Of a stretch of 64,000 nucleotides of DNA, positions 28,178-38,623 are shown one piece after another. The DNA is from a virus (lineage: Duplodnaviria > Caudoviricetes), in IMG/VR virus record IMGVR_UViG_3300037634_007228, positions 19,138 through 83,137 of that record, one strand, 5' to 3'. The notes beneath the pieces are model-generated. The model did no database searches. It was not told the DNA's origin and worked only from the letters and a program-made list of their open reading frames with translations. Each line of letters opens with the position of its first letter. Position 1 is the stretch's first letter. The position numbers and the translations under genes were made by a program.

Positions 28178-29973
28178 TATAGAACTGTTCCAATTAGATC
28201 CCTATCAAAAAACTTAATTTCAAAAACCTGATTTTCTTTAAGTGTAATCGAGCGACCATCGGCGGCGAGGTTATCAGCTATTGAAAAATTAGAGGTTGAA
28301 TAGTCGCCGCCGGTAGCGGTTTTTGCGAACACCTCGACAACATCTAAAACTCCATCAACGTCCTTCAGCACGCGAAAAACATCACCATAAAAAAGTGGCT
28401 CACCAATATTAAACTTTATATCATAGTAATCCTCTAATGCCATAATGCATCCATTTAAAACATCAAACTTGTTTTTGTTTACATCGGCTACAATCGTAAA
28501 ATTAATAGAAACGTTTACAATCAGGGCATTAAGAATATCAACAGTATCGGTGATCATCTTGTGTCTTGTAATCCACGTTCGTAAATTATTTTTTAAAGTG
28601 GCGGTAGACTCGACAAACTTCCCAAATGAATCTTCGCTAATAATGTAAAGATTTAAATTTTTCTTAAAAGAATCTTTGTCTTGTGTTGCTCTTACCCTTT
28701 TAATAGCTCCAAAGGATGAGGGCATTGCATAAGTTAATGTTTCATAATCCGCTATGGTTACTGCGCGTTTTTGTGCGGAGACAGCGGCGAGCGCACGTTG
28801 GCGCACTTCTTCTACTGTCGGAACTGTAACGGAGCCAACAATAGATTCTTCATTGGATGCTCGGACACTTTCACGAACATAGCTTTCTATTGTAGCTAAA
28901 TTGGTTGTCGAAGCAGGAAATTCTAAAACCATATCTACAATATTGGTTAATGCGCCCTGTGAAGCATTGGGATTTAAACTATCATTTTTGAGATATGCGA
29001 TGGTCAAAGTGGTATTAGATGGAGCAATACCAAATTTATCGCTCTCTATAAGATTTGTAGGATCAAATGAGGTGGAAGAAGCATAAGGTCTCCCAAATTT
29101 TTGGACAACAACATTTTCAGGTCTTCCATAAGTATCCGCAGTTAGATTGTTTGCCGACCCATATCCAAATTGTAAAATCGTTTTTTGAGAATTTTTTTCT
29201 GTCGTAAAACGGCGGGAAACCAACACAGGTTTCATGATAGAGCTTACTTTGTCCGTGGCAGAATTAGGATTCACTATTTCTTTGTAAATAACGTTTTGAC
29301 TTAAATAATCCACTTCAAAATATTCATTTCCCTCTGTATCAATAACACTTAAAATCTCAGTGATAAAACTGTCATCGATATCTATTTTTGTAAAACGTTC
29401 AAAATCTCCTACGTCAATAGTTGTCACTTCTTGCTTGCCAGACATTACTCTGCCAACTCCACGAACAGCATAATAGGACACTAAACCAGTTGACTCATCA
29501 ATAATGGCAACATCTCTTTGATTGTCTGGATCTGCAAAATTTACGTCCTCTGTTAAAATAAACGCCTCGTCATTAACTGTTCTTACGATTGTACCCTTTT
29601 TAATAATAGGGGCATAGTCCGTATTTATTTTCGTTTGATTTCCAACGAGAGAGGGAATGGTAGCATAAAACGATACATAGCCTTGGGAAGCATAATTGAG
29701 CGAAAAATTATATCCCATCGTCTTTGCGATTCTAACCACATTATCAAACTCAATAGCACTATCCAAAAAACTTTCATTTGCCTGATAATCCATATAAAAA
29801 GAGAGAACGTCGCCCACATAAGCTACATAATCTGTCATAAGAGCGCCGAAACCGGCTTCATTGAAATCTTTATAGGTGTCGGGATAATATCTCTTGGCGT
29901 AATTAACAAGAGATTCTTTGATCGTTGAAAAATCCCTGTCGGTATATCTTACAATAGTGTTGGTTTTGGGCAT
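28177..29973 (-). CDS. Baseplate wedge subunit, T4 gp6-like (baseplate J family)
   Basis: YTDRDFSTIKESL...YPDTYKDFNE...AYVGDVLSFYMDYQANESF; SAQKRAVTIADY; C-terminal GEPLFYGDV. Confidence 0.88.
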   Translation of the reverse strand: MPKTNTIVRYTDRDFSTIKESLVNYAKRYYPDTYKDFNEAGFGALMTDYVAYVGDVLSFYMDYQANESFLDSAIEFDNVVRIAKTMGYNFSLNYASQGYVSFYATIPSLVGNQTKINTDYAPIIKKGTIVRTVNDEAFILTEDVNFADPDNQRDVAIIDESTGLVSYYAVRGVGRVMSGKQEVTTIDVGDFERFTKIDIDDSFITEILSVIDTEGNEYFEVDYLSQNVIYKEIVNPNSATDKVSSIMKPVLVSRRFTTEKNSQKTILQFGYGSANNLTADTYGRPENVVVQKFGRPYASSTSFDPTNLIESDKFGIAPSNTTLTIAYLKNDSLNPNASQGALTNIVDMVLEFPASTTNLATIESYVRESVRASNEESIVGSVTVPTVEEVRQRALAAVSAQKRAVTIADYETLTYAMPSSFGAIKRVRATQDKDSFKKNLNLYIISEDSFGKFVESTATLKNNLRTWITRHKMITDTVDILNALIVNVSINFTIVADVNKNKFDVLNGCIMALEDYYDIKFNIGEPLFYGDVFRVLKDVDGVLDVVEVFAKTATGGDYSTSNFSIADNLAADGRSITLKENQVFEIKFFDRDLIGTVL

Positions 29974-29991
29974 GGGGAGGTTCCTCTCATC

Positions 29992-29998
29992 TAATTAG
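29992..29998 (-). promoter_or_regulatory. Candidate phage late promoter variant CTAATTA
   Basis: 18 nt upstream of the gp6-like ATG and followed by the SD-like GAGAGG. Overlaps the gp25 stop codon. Confidence 0.35.
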
Positions 29999-30360
29999 TT
30001 TTCTAGTTTTATTTCAAGAAAATCTTGCACATTAAATTCGGTTAAAGAATAAGAAACTTTAACCAAAAGAAAATGATCTTCTAAGCGCGTATCTACAGCC
30101 AAAAGTCGCACAGTGGGTAAAAATCTCTCGAATTGCCAAGAGATGTCACCCTCGATTTCTGAAGGAGCAGACGTACTATCTGGATTTTCAAAAAGATATC
30201 TCCTTAATCCTGCTCCAAAATCCGGCAACATAATGCGCTCGCCGGGAGTTGTCAACAACATATTTTTCACATTTTGCTTGACAAACTCTTGAATCTTTTC
30301 TATGTTGATGTAAGTAGAGTTGGTCGCTTTATTCAATGGAAGTTGTACAGTGTAAGACAT
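29995..30360 (-). CDS. Baseplate wedge subunit, gp25/GPW-like
   Basis: VKQNVKNMLLTTPGERIMLPDFGAGLRRYLFE...FERFLPTVRL; adjacent to the gp6-like gene. Confidence 0.9.
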   Translation of the reverse strand: MSYTVQLPLNKATNSTYINIEKIQEFVKQNVKNMLLTTPGERIMLPDFGAGLRRYLFENPDSTSAPSEIEGDISWQFERFLPTVRLLAVDTRLEDHFLLVKVSYSLTEFNVQDFLEIKLEN

Positions 30361-30378
30361 ATTATTTTTTCCTCCTTA

Positions 30379-33300
30379 CTAAATATCACACTTATAGTCT
30401 AATATCGCATCGGGCGAGTTCGCCTTTGTCTCTGCTATTACTTTTCTTTGTTCTTCGGCTTGAGGAGATGCAGGATCTAAGCTCTTTAAAACATCTTCTT
30501 GGGCTTTCTTTTTCAACCAATCAAAAAAATCAGACAAGCTCAATCCTAGACTTTCTGCCATCATCAACAAAATATAAATAACGGGGTTACTAAAATATAA
30601 AGCCGAAAGAATAAGCGACTTGATAGCGCTGAGAACCAATTTGGGAATCATCAGGAATATTAAAATCCAAAGTGCCATCCCCAGTTGGTTGGCGAAGTCC
30701 TTCAAGCTAGGTTTTTTAATCTTGGCAAATGCGGCTTCAGCCAGCAGCGCTTCTTCTATATCAATCCCGATCGGGATGCCACTGGCGCTGTTCGAAAAAC
30801 GACCCATAATCGCGGGTTTCAATTGTAAAAATACCGAGCGCTCTTTTGGCGCGAACGCAAAGGGACGCACATAATAAACGATTAATAGTTCTATAAACTC
30901 AGGCTTGAATGCATCTAAAAGTGGTGGTGATTCCAATCCCAACTTATCACTTTTAGCCGAAAAAAGGTCATTCTTGTTTTTATATTTACTCATACTGGAG
31001 ACCATGTTTTTTCGAACTGTGTCACAAGCAACGAGCGCTTTGGCGGTTCTGGTATCCATTGTGTGCCAGTACCAGCCGCCGTCGCAGTCCTTGACCAACG
31101 GTGGACCCCACTCTTGCCCCACCCACACCTTTTGATCCTCGGTTTCGCAGTCGCCGGGGTCGCCCTTGCACATGGCATTTTTCTTGACCTTCTCGATTTT
31201 GTATATATCTTTCTTCGTCATTTTGGGCTTCGGCGTCACTTTGGTCGATTCCTCGAACGGGGACTTCCATGACTTCAGCAGAGGCTCCCATCCCAACTTT
31301 TTTGGGTCAGCAAGTGTAACTTCGGCTTTTCCTAGTTTTTTATCTAAGTGTACCTTGCCACCACCGATATCGGTGAACTTTAGATTATAGTCTAAAACAG
31401 CATCAACGGTCATTTCCCACTTGGCATCAAAAAAAGTGGCATCTAAAATACCCTGTATACCGGTGTCGGCGGTATCATCCCCTAACGAAGAAAATATATA
31501 GATCATCATACAAAGTATTGGCAACGTTTCAACAAAATAGAAGGGGAAAAAGTCATAAGTGGGATATTTCACCTGCGGCTGATCGGGTGCTGCAAGGCTG
31601 GCACCAAACGCCCAATCGAAAAATTCTATGATCAGGTCGATGCCGGGTCGAACATCGCCGAGTGCTGTAATGCCGCCCGTACACCAGTTCTGCGATTCAC
31701 AAATGAGACGTATTGTGTATTCTCCATTGTGTACAACTTGGTTACCTTTGCAATAACCTGACGGTGACCAGTACCAGTCTGAAAATATTATTCCGTCTCT
31801 TTTTTTCTTCAAGAAATATTTAATAAACGTCTCATTGCGGTATAAAGTCATATTGCCTGAATTATTAGCCGTGATCGCCAATGTATTCTTCAAGACCGAA
31901 TCAACATCGAGCAATTTAGTGGAACTCGTTGTTGATGCCAAAAATTTGATTTCATCTTCGATCAGGTTTTCAACTGTTAAACCGGCGCTACACATTATGT
32001 TTCGAACAGGAATCGTTACAAAACTATCATTCACGATTTTTTCAAATTTCTCGACAACACTTGAAACAATATCGAGATCGATGTCAAAATATTTGTCCAC
32101 TAACTCTTGGGGCAATGTCATCAGCGTTACAACCAAATTGGGATAAGTTTCTATTAGTAACAAATAAGTAAAGATTCGCAAGGATTCAATATCCATTGCT
32201 CTTGCTCTATTTTCGATATACTTCTGTGCTGGTTCCTCTACACCTTTCGATGCTTGCTTGTCGGCGAGGCACAATGTTTCTTGTATTCTTTCTCGGCGGT
32301 CAGGTCGAAAAAATTTAAGCTCTTCTATAAGGTCTATTTTTTTTGTTACCTTAGATAAAAAATCTACCTGACCGCTCATAACAGAAAAAACCATGTCTGT
32401 ATAAAGACCTGCGATGTTCAGCGATTTCAACCCTTGTGAGTCTTTCAATATTTTACGCATGGCTGGATTTTCCGGTTGAAGGTCGATATCTTCTCCCGGC
32501 TGGAGTGGGACTGTATTTCCTACAATAGTAAGAGGTGATTTATTATTTTTTGTGGCATTACCTTTAACGGGAAGACCCTTGAAATATTGTGCGTATGTTT
32601 TTTGATCGGACTCAAAATCAATATCAAAAGTACCGTTGTCATTAATAGTAATGTTGCCGGCGGAATCTAAAAAATGCGACTGTAGCAGTTTAAAAGTTAG
32701 GTCGGTTTGTTTCTTGCCGTTGACGATCTTGTAGCCCTTGACGGGCTTGTTGAGTACATGAATTCCGATAGGATCGAATTTTTCTAATATGGTTCCTTCT
32801 AATGGAACTTGGAAAGCCGCAGCCTCATCGCCCTTGAGACCCAAGGCTTTGGCTGGGGATATATATCCTTTTTTGCCCAAGTCGCCCTTGTAGTCTTTAT
32901 TAGCTTTATTCATAGCGGTGGTGTCTTCAGTTGACGGTTTCGCGGCGGCATCTTTAGACGGAGGATCAATAATACTAGTGAGATCCTCTACAAAGATTTT
33001 TTGATAGGCATACAAGTCCTCCTGTGCTTCTTTGTAAGCAGGTTCTAACATAGGAAGATAATCAAAAGGAGGAAGAATATTCGCTAAGTAGTCTGGATCA
33101 AACAAATCATTGAAATCATCAAGGGAAATACTAGGAAAATCTGGTGGTGGCTGACCATTCAACTTTTTTTTGTAAGCCTCCGACAATCCTTTTGGCATCT
33201 TGATCCCACAATATTCTTCTATTTCGGTAGCCTTTTTTTCAGCGTCATCAGCCACTTTCTTACAGACGATACCGGTGCCTGCCATTTTACCAAGGGCAGC

Positions 33301-34887
33301 TAAAAAATTAGCCACTTGTTGTTGTGTAGCGAGCATTTCCTCCAAACTGGAATAAGTTTTTTTGATTTTTTGCCAAATATAATAAAGAAGATTGGTATTT
33401 GTTCCTTGTAACAAAGAGCAGATTTCTTGTGGTCTCAAATTTGCAAAAAGATCATCCATCAATTCTCTCATATCTTCTTCTTGTTCGGGAGATATTGGTT
33501 TGCCGGGGGCGAATGCCTCAAGGGCGGCAATAGGTTCATCTGGTTTAAAAAACGACTCTGGGGGTACAAAGCCATAATCAAAATCGTCGTAAGCTTGGTT
33601 TTCTACCAATGCTTGCAAACAAAATTGAGTTAGTAATTTAATCACTTGTTTACCGGCTTCCTCTAAAGCAGCCTCGGCAGCTTTCTTTAGCTTTGCGCCC
33701 CAATCATCTTGCCAATCTTGTCCCGCCTTAAATTTTTTCATTGCCAGTTCATAAAGTTTCTTATATTGCTGGAACTCGGTAGAAAAACTTTTATAGGTTT
33801 TTACTAGTTCCTTAAGCTCTTGTAACATAAGAGCCGCCAGCATAGGATTGGAGAGTTTCATCTGGGCGATCATATGGGCTAGAACACACTCCAGAATACC
33901 GTTTAATCCCCATTTGTTAGCAATGGCAAAATACTTATCCATCGCGGCTTTATAGTTTTTAGCTCCTTCGGCAAAGGCTTTCGCTGTCTCGCTCCCGCCA
34001 AATGCTCCGGTGCCTACACCTATATCATCCAACATATAGGGAACATCCAATAATGCATAATCGGATATGAACTCGGCTGCTTGCAGATTTTCATTAACTA
34101 TATCTGAGCGGCTCGGCAAACCCATCGCGCCGGCTGTGGTGCTGAAGGTGTCTTTAACATCGCTCGCAAAATCTATTTCGCCGGGGTCACCACCAAAAGC
34201 ATGTGAAGCCATCGCTGACATTCTAAGTTGTTTGCTTTCTTTGACGATTGCCCCAAGAAAATCATTAACATCCCGCAAGTTTTTTATATCTTTAACCTTG
34301 CCAAGACCCTTTTTAATAGTTGAAGTGCCGCCGGCAGCCTTCGTCAATTTAAGGGAAAAATCTTTTGGATCCCCACTCCAACCACGCTCGTCTCCCTGAG
34401 ACATGGCAGGTTTAGGTTGATCCGATGCCCACGCCGCAAAATCAGCCTGAATTTTTTTAATATTAACAAGAGATGAAGCAGGTTGGGCGGCGTTTCCCAG
34501 TTTATAAAGAATGCTTACGGTGCCATCGGGTCTGGGGTCAATAGATCTTTTAAATGCCGTAAAAAGATTTTCAGCTATATTCATGGTCTTAGAACCATCA
34601 GATGATTCTATGCCACAGTCCTTAACTACATCTGAATTAGAAAGTGGCAGCTTTGTTTCACTACTTGCTTGAACCTTAACCGTAAAGTATCCTTTTGCCT
34701 TAAAAAATTCAAGGGCAACCCCTACATGCTCTTTCTCCACGAAGTCCCAAGTATTTTTGGCATTTAAAGAAGTAACATCTGTATGAACTGTGTGATAAAC
34801 AGTGTCCTCTTCCTTGACATAATACGGAAACTGAAACCGAGTCCAGTTTGTTTCCAGATATACAGTTGTTAATTGTCCATTACTCAT
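30379..34887 (-). CDS. Large mostly helical putative virion protein with hydrophobic C-terminal helices
   Basis: 1502-aa ORF between the spike-like gene and gp25. C-terminal LGMALWILIFLMIPKLVLSAIKSLILSALYFSNPVIYILLMMA. Confidence 0.45.
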   Translation of the reverse strand: MSNGQLTTVYLETNWTRFQFPYYVKEEDTVYHTVHTDVTSLNAKNTWDFVEKEHVGVALEFFKAKGYFTVKVQASSETKLPLSNSDVVKDCGIESSDGSKTMNIAENLFTAFKRSIDPRPDGTVSILYKLGNAAQPASSLVNIKKIQADFAAWASDQPKPAMSQGDERGWSGDPKDFSLKLTKAAGGTSTIKKGLGKVKDIKNLRDVNDFLGAIVKESKQLRMSAMASHAFGGDPGEIDFASDVKDTFSTTAGAMGLPSRSDIVNENLQAAEFISDYALLDVPYMLDDIGVGTGAFGGSETAKAFAEGAKNYKAAMDKYFAIANKWGLNGILECVLAHMIAQMKLSNPMLAALMLQELKELVKTYKSFSTEFQQYKKLYELAMKKFKAGQDWQDDWGAKLKKAAEAALEEAGKQVIKLLTQFCLQALVENQAYDDFDYGFVPPESFFKPDEPIAALEAFAPGKPISPEQEEDMRELMDDLFANLRPQEICSLLQGTNTNLLYYIWQKIKKTYSSLEEMLATQQQVANFLAALGKMAGTGIVCKKVADDAEKKATEIEEYCGIKMPKGLSEAYKKKLNGQPPPDFPSISLDDFNDLFDPDYLANILPPFDYLPMLEPAYKEAQEDLYAYQKIFVEDLTSIIDPPSKDAAAKPSTEDTTAMNKANKDYKGDLGKKGYISPAKALGLKGDEAAAFQVPLEGTILEKFDPIGIHVLNKPVKGYKIVNGKKQTDLTFKLLQSHFLDSAGNITINDNGTFDIDFESDQKTYAQYFKGLPVKGNATKNNKSPLTIVGNTVPLQPGEDIDLQPENPAMRKILKDSQGLKSLNIAGLYTDMVFSVMSGQVDFLSKVTKKIDLIEELKFFRPDRRERIQETLCLADKQASKGVEEPAQKYIENRARAMDIESLRIFTYLLLIETYPNLVVTLMTLPQELVDKYFDIDLDIVSSVVEKFEKIVNDSFVTIPVRNIMCSAGLTVENLIEDEIKFLASTTSSTKLLDVDSVLKNTLAITANNSGNMTLYRNETFIKYFLKKKRDGIIFSDWYWSPSGYCKGNQVVHNGEYTIRLICESQNWCTGGITALGDVRPGIDLIIEFFDWAFGASLAAPDQPQVKYPTYDFFPFYFVETLPILCMMIYIFSSLGDDTADTGIQGILDATFFDAKWEMTVDAVLDYNLKFTDIGGGKVHLDKKLGKAEVTLADPKKLGWEPLLKSWKSPFEESTKVTPKPKMTKKDIYKIEKVKKNAMCKGDPGDCETEDQKVWVGQEWGPPLVKDCDGGWYWHTMDTRTAKALVACDTVRKNMVSSMSKYKNKNDLFSAKSDKLGLESPPLLDAFKPEFIELLIVYYVRPFAFAPKERSVFLQLKPAIMGRFSNSASGIPIGIDIEEALLAEAAFAKIKKPSLKDFANQLGMALWILIFLMIPKLVLSAIKSLILSALYFSNPVIYILLMMAESLGLSLSDFFDWLKKKAQEDVLKSLDPASPQAEEQRKVIAETKANSPDAILDYKCDI

Positions 34888-34890
34888 TTG

Positions 34891-35877
34891 TTAATTGGTA
34901 TTATTCCATGTGCTGCAAATATAAGTTTTTGAAGCGGCAGAAAGGAACGACAGCGACGTAGTGTCTAGATTCATCCCAACAAATTGCAATTCTGCTTTTG
35001 ATTTTTCTAAAGACGCCTTGTGCATAACCTGTGCCGGAAGAAGATTCGGAGCCGTGTTTGTCGGTGCGCCAAAAAATGGAGAATTGTGAAAATGACCATA
35101 AAAATCCTGATTAATATCTTGAATGTTATCAATAACCTTTTTCAAGACGTGTATAAGAAATTTTTGGGAATCCAACATTTCTGCCAAACACTGCACTAAA
35201 TTTAATCCCTTGGGAATGGGTTGTAATCCGGCGTTCTCTTCACTAAGATTTCCGGCAATTAAATCGATGCCTTTGATGCTACCGAGAGGTCCACCTTTCG
35301 AATTCTTTCGGGCATCTCCTCTTCCAGCACCTGTTACAATCTTTACTCCCTCTCGACCAATAATTCTTACTCCATCTGCCTTAATAACCACCGCAGAACG
35401 ACCAAGTGGGGCACCCACCCTACCAGAAGTTAAACCAAAGTTTTTATCAGGATCGGTTTTTTGACAAATGTAAATCCGTGCCGCATCTGCACTAAAATTG
35501 GGCGCAGAGACAGCAATCGGTTTACCATCAACTTTATCAATATTAAAATAAGGACTACGACCAGCGCAAAGATCAATCATATAAGTTCCATCGTGACCTT
35601 TCGCACCATAACCCGAATCCATTGCGACTTTTTTGCCTGCGGCTTTGCCTTTGTTGATGGTTATTACTTCTTTAAGACCCGTCCTGTCAGTTCCAAAAAC
35701 AATACCACAGTTGCCATGAAGAACAGCCTTTTCGCTGCCAGCCCGAATATACTCTGCATATGGGTCATCTGGTAAACGTGAATGATTCACGCCGGTAGTT
35801 TCGGGCGTTATTTTTTTTCTATTAGTATTTTCGTCGGGTGGTCGGATCGGACTCCCCATTCCTTTGGGTTGTGCCAT
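34891..35877 (-). CDS. Putative baseplate central spike (gp5-C/gpV-like)
   Basis: Short beta-repeats (AVVIKADGVRIIGREGVKIVTG), then a helix and a near-terminal HxH motif (GHFHNSP). Sits upstream of gp25/gp6. Confidence 0.55.
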   Translation of the reverse strand: MAQPKGMGSPIRPPDENTNRKKITPETTGVNHSRLPDDPYAEYIRAGSEKAVLHGNCGIVFGTDRTGLKEVITINKGKAAGKKVAMDSGYGAKGHDGTYMIDLCAGRSPYFNIDKVDGKPIAVSAPNFSADAARIYICQKTDPDKNFGLTSGRVGAPLGRSAVVIKADGVRIIGREGVKIVTGAGRGDARKNSKGGPLGSIKGIDLIAGNLSEENAGLQPIPKGLNLVQCLAEMLDSQKFLIHVLKKVIDNIQDINQDFYGHFHNSPFFGAPTNTAPNLLPAQVMHKASLEKSKAELQFVGMNLDTTSLSFLSAASKTYICSTWNNTN

Positions 35878-35878
35878 T

Positions 35879-37123
35879 TTATAACCTTTTTCCTCTATTT
35901 GCCTCTGCTGCCCCTACCAGCCTCCTATACTCTAGTTTTTGATCGGCAAAGTCCGGAAACTTTCCTTGCGCTACTTCCCACATCTCCTTTGCAGTTTTGA
36001 CTGTTTTCACAAGATTTGTATTAATAAATCTGGCGCGCTTGAGCAAGGGTGTTGGGATCCTAAGTAGGTTGTCCGCTATTACAACTTGTTCTGCGGTCTT
36101 CGCTAGCCAATTACCTTGCTTCCCGCCGACTTCGGATTTATCATAATATTGACACCACAGCGCCGAGATCTTGCGTATATCATAATGGGGGCTAGCCACT
36201 TGCCACTTTATTTTTGTCGATACTTTCCGCTTCTTCGGATTAATGGCACCGTTTTGCTTGTCATCAATATAGGCACCAAATCCACCCTTGTTGACAATAC
36301 CGACCACTATGCAGGCGCAAACGAATGCCCACGATTCGGCTTTTGACAGTCCACCACCATCAATTACAATTGTATAATCAAGAGCATATCCATATTGATG
36401 CTGAAGACTGTTCGTCTTTGCTTTGCGAATACCACCGGTCTGTCCAACATATATTTGAGCATATTCGGTAGACCCATAAAACCAGCCCGCTGCGGTCGCT
36501 ATTTTTTGGAACGCTTTAAGCGTTGCTTGGCGAATAAACTCAAGACTGTTTGGTCCCGTGAAACCGACCTCAAACGGCGTTTCTTCGGGAGGTTCTGGCA
36601 CCACAGTGTTTTTAACCCCGACGTTAGCGGGATCGTCTTGGAACGAGGCAGCAGTTTTACCCTTAACAATCACGCCTCTCGGATCGGGGTTATAGCCGCT
36701 TTTATCACCGCTATCACCGCTATCACCCTGTTCTAGAACGTTTATAACCGTCCCACCTTCGCCGGTAAAAGGATTGCTGTAAGCTACCTCGACTCGGTTG
36801 CCCGTGTTGAGAGATTGGTCGGAAAATCCAATGACGGCTGGTTTGTGTCTCTCTATGTCTCTCCTATCTATATGAGCATGAAGCTTTTCACATCGAACTA
36901 TTACCTCTTGCATATGCTGCGATTTATCGACACCATCCACCTTGGTTAATTGGTAAATCTGTCCTCCAGCGGTGGGGTCAGTTTTATCCTGTCCTTGTAG
37001 AATCACACCCTCAAACTTATTCGAACTAAGAACCGCATTTGTGGAAAACGGATTTCCTACAGCGCGAGAGGAATCTACAAGCGTTGGCACACGAAACGGA
37101 AATGGATTATTTTCTAGGGACAT
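35879..37123 (-). CDS. Putative baseplate hub protein with peptidase M15-like (Hedgehog/DD-peptidase fold) domain
   Basis: NSLQHQYGYALD and GFGAY...SPHYDIR match the S-x-H-x-x-G-x-A-x-D and G-x-G-x-Y...H-x-D-x-R Zn-peptidase pattern. The N-terminal beta-rich region may be an OB-fold. Confidence 0.55.
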   Translation of the reverse strand: MSLENNPFPFRVPTLVDSSRAVGNPFSTNAVLSSNKFEGVILQGQDKTDPTAGGQIYQLTKVDGVDKSQHMQEVIVRCEKLHAHIDRRDIERHKPAVIGFSDQSLNTGNRVEVAYSNPFTGEGGTVINVLEQGDSGDSGDKSGYNPDPRGVIVKGKTAASFQDDPANVGVKNTVVPEPPEETPFEVGFTGPNSLEFIRQATLKAFQKIATAAGWFYGSTEYAQIYVGQTGGIRKAKTNSLQHQYGYALDYTIVIDGGGLSKAESWAFVCACIVVGIVNKGGFGAYIDDKQNGAINPKKRKVSTKIKWQVASPHYDIRKISALWCQYYDKSEVGGKQGNWLAKTAEQVVIADNLLRIPTPLLKRARFINTNLVKTVKTAKEMWEVAQGKFPDFADQKLEYRRLVGAAEANRGKRL

Positions 37124-37417
37124 TTAGTCTTCTTCCTTATAATCATTCAGGTTATCGTAAATAGCGGTGAGTTCGTCAGATGTAATAGTATTGTTTTCTT
37201 TGTTCGTCTTCGCCATAAGCGAAGCAACCTTTACCAACTGCTCGTTGGACCGCTGTAAGGTCTCAAGGTATTTAGCCACGACCATACCAGAACGCCCATG
37301 ATCGAGCTTGCCAGAATGAATATCTTGGCAAATCTCGTCAAGGGCAGTATTAGTTGCTTCTCTGTCAGATTCTATATTTTTTAAAGCTTTCTCTAATAAA
37401 CTTTCAAATTTCGCCAT
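37124..37417 (-). CDS. Small helical hypothetical protein
   Basis: 97 aa with coiled-coil character (KYLETLQRSNEQLVKVA). Overlaps the sigma factor stop. Confidence 0.6.
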   Translation of the reverse strand: MAKFESLLEKALKNIESDREATNTALDEICQDIHSGKLDHGRSGMVVAKYLETLQRSNEQLVKVASLMAKTNKENNTITSDELTAIYDNLNDYKEED

Positions 37418-38081
37418 CGTCCCAATCAGCCTTAAATCCTCGATACTTAACTTTCAACTTTCCAAGCACAGTTGCTATCTGTTTTGTATTGAGGTCTGTG
37501 ATCTCCCTCATATATAAGTAAATAGCTTTTTTGTTAAAAATTTCGATATCGTTGCTGTGTTCAAATAGAACTTTAATGGCATTTATTACTTTTATTTCGT
37601 TTTCTTTATCTGCCTCAGTATGCCAATCATCCAGAGACTCGCGGAAAAAATGAACAAACTCTGCTTTTTGACGGTCTTCTTCATAGGGGTTTTGGCTTTT
37701 AAGAGCGTCTTCATTAAGATGATAATCGTCTATATTACTCTCGGTTTTTTTCTGTTTGGTGGTTTTCTTTACCTTGTGTATAAACCAGTTCTTTGTAACG
37801 ACCGAAAAATAAGAAAAGGCTTTAGAACCTTTGTTTGGATCGTATTTGTCTAGAATCGTTACAAGCCAAGCTTTACACTCTTCTCTTAAATAATCTATGT
37901 TAGGAAGAGTGGTAAACTTGTAAGTATAGATGATCTTATCTACCAACTCATCAAAGGCTGGATGAATAAACTGTATATACAACTGTTCTTTTTCAAACCG
38001 GTCTGTAATGGCACAGTATTTCACTATGGCATCTTCATGGACCTTGGTAAAATATTTACGCTTGGTGCGTTTCTTCGGCAT
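37404..38081 (-). CDS. Phage RNA polymerase sigma factor (sigma70 region-2-like; candidate late sigma)
   Basis: LVTILDKYDPNKGSKAFSYFSVVTKNWFI is a region 2.2-2.4-like pattern. C-terminal HTH-like segment; 225 aa. Confidence 0.72.
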   Translation of the reverse strand: MPKKRTKRKYFTKVHEDAIVKYCAITDRFEKEQLYIQFIHPAFDELVDKIIYTYKFTTLPNIDYLREECKAWLVTILDKYDPNKGSKAFSYFSVVTKNWFIHKVKKTTKQKKTESNIDDYHLNEDALKSQNPYEEDRQKAEFVHFFRESLDDWHTEADKENEIKVINAIKVLFEHSNDIEIFNKKAIYLYMREITDLNTKQIATVLGKLKVKYRGFKADWDDGEI

Positions 38082-38358
38082 CGAGTTCTCCAGTTAATTC
38101 ACGCTGCATATCAAGAACGGTCTTGAGGCTTTCATTAAGTTGATTGCTCATTTTTACAAAAGCTTCTATCGTAGAATCGCCATAGTAAGTCTCGTTAGTG
38201 TTTAGTGTTTTCACAAGATCATCATAGTCTTCTACAAGAAAATATATCTCTGCCAATCGAACTTGAATGTTGTTCAAGGTTTGAAACATATTACGAAGAA
38301 GATGAATCGAAAGCAGCAGCGCTGCTACCAAAATTATAATTATTATCCATTCAATCAT
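38056..38358 (-). CDS. Single-pass membrane protein with coiled coil
   Basis: N-terminal MIEWIIIIILVAALLLSIHLL followed by a heptad-rich region. Confidence 0.6.
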   Translation of the reverse strand: MIEWIIIIILVAALLLSIHLLRNMFQTLNNIQVRLAEIYFLVEDYDDLVKTLNTNETYYGDSTIEAFVKMSNQLNESLKTVLDMQRELTGELDAEETHQA

Positions 38359-38623
38359 CTGCCGTAAACTCGGTAGTGCGAGCCTCCTTTTTCATTTGCT
38401 TAAGTATCTCTCTGTTTTCTTCAATACCCTTTTTTGTTTCATCCCCCACTTTGGGTTTGGAAAAAAAAACCTCGTTAGACATGGTTGTAAAGGGCTGCGG
38501 AATTTTTTCAAAATCCGCAATCCTCCTAGCGCAGACACACTCCGTGCGCTCCTCGGACATAGAGTGCCACTCTTCCCATTCTTTGTGGCACCAGTTGCAG
38601 CGATAATAATATTTAGGCATCAT
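38351..38623 (-). CDS. FmdB-family zinc-ribbon protein
   Basis: MPKYYYRCNWCHKEWEEWHSMSE...ECVC. Confidence 0.72.
   Translation of the reverse strand: MMPKYYYRCNWCHKEWEEWHSMSEERTECVCARRIADFEKIPQPFTTMSNEVFFSKPKVGDETKKGIEENREILKQMKKEARTTEFTADD

Noticed and set aside
36703-36727. Tandem 9-bp repeat tatcaccgc (about 2.8 copies)
   Set aside because: It only encodes a short GDSGDSGD linker and is too short to imply a mechanism.
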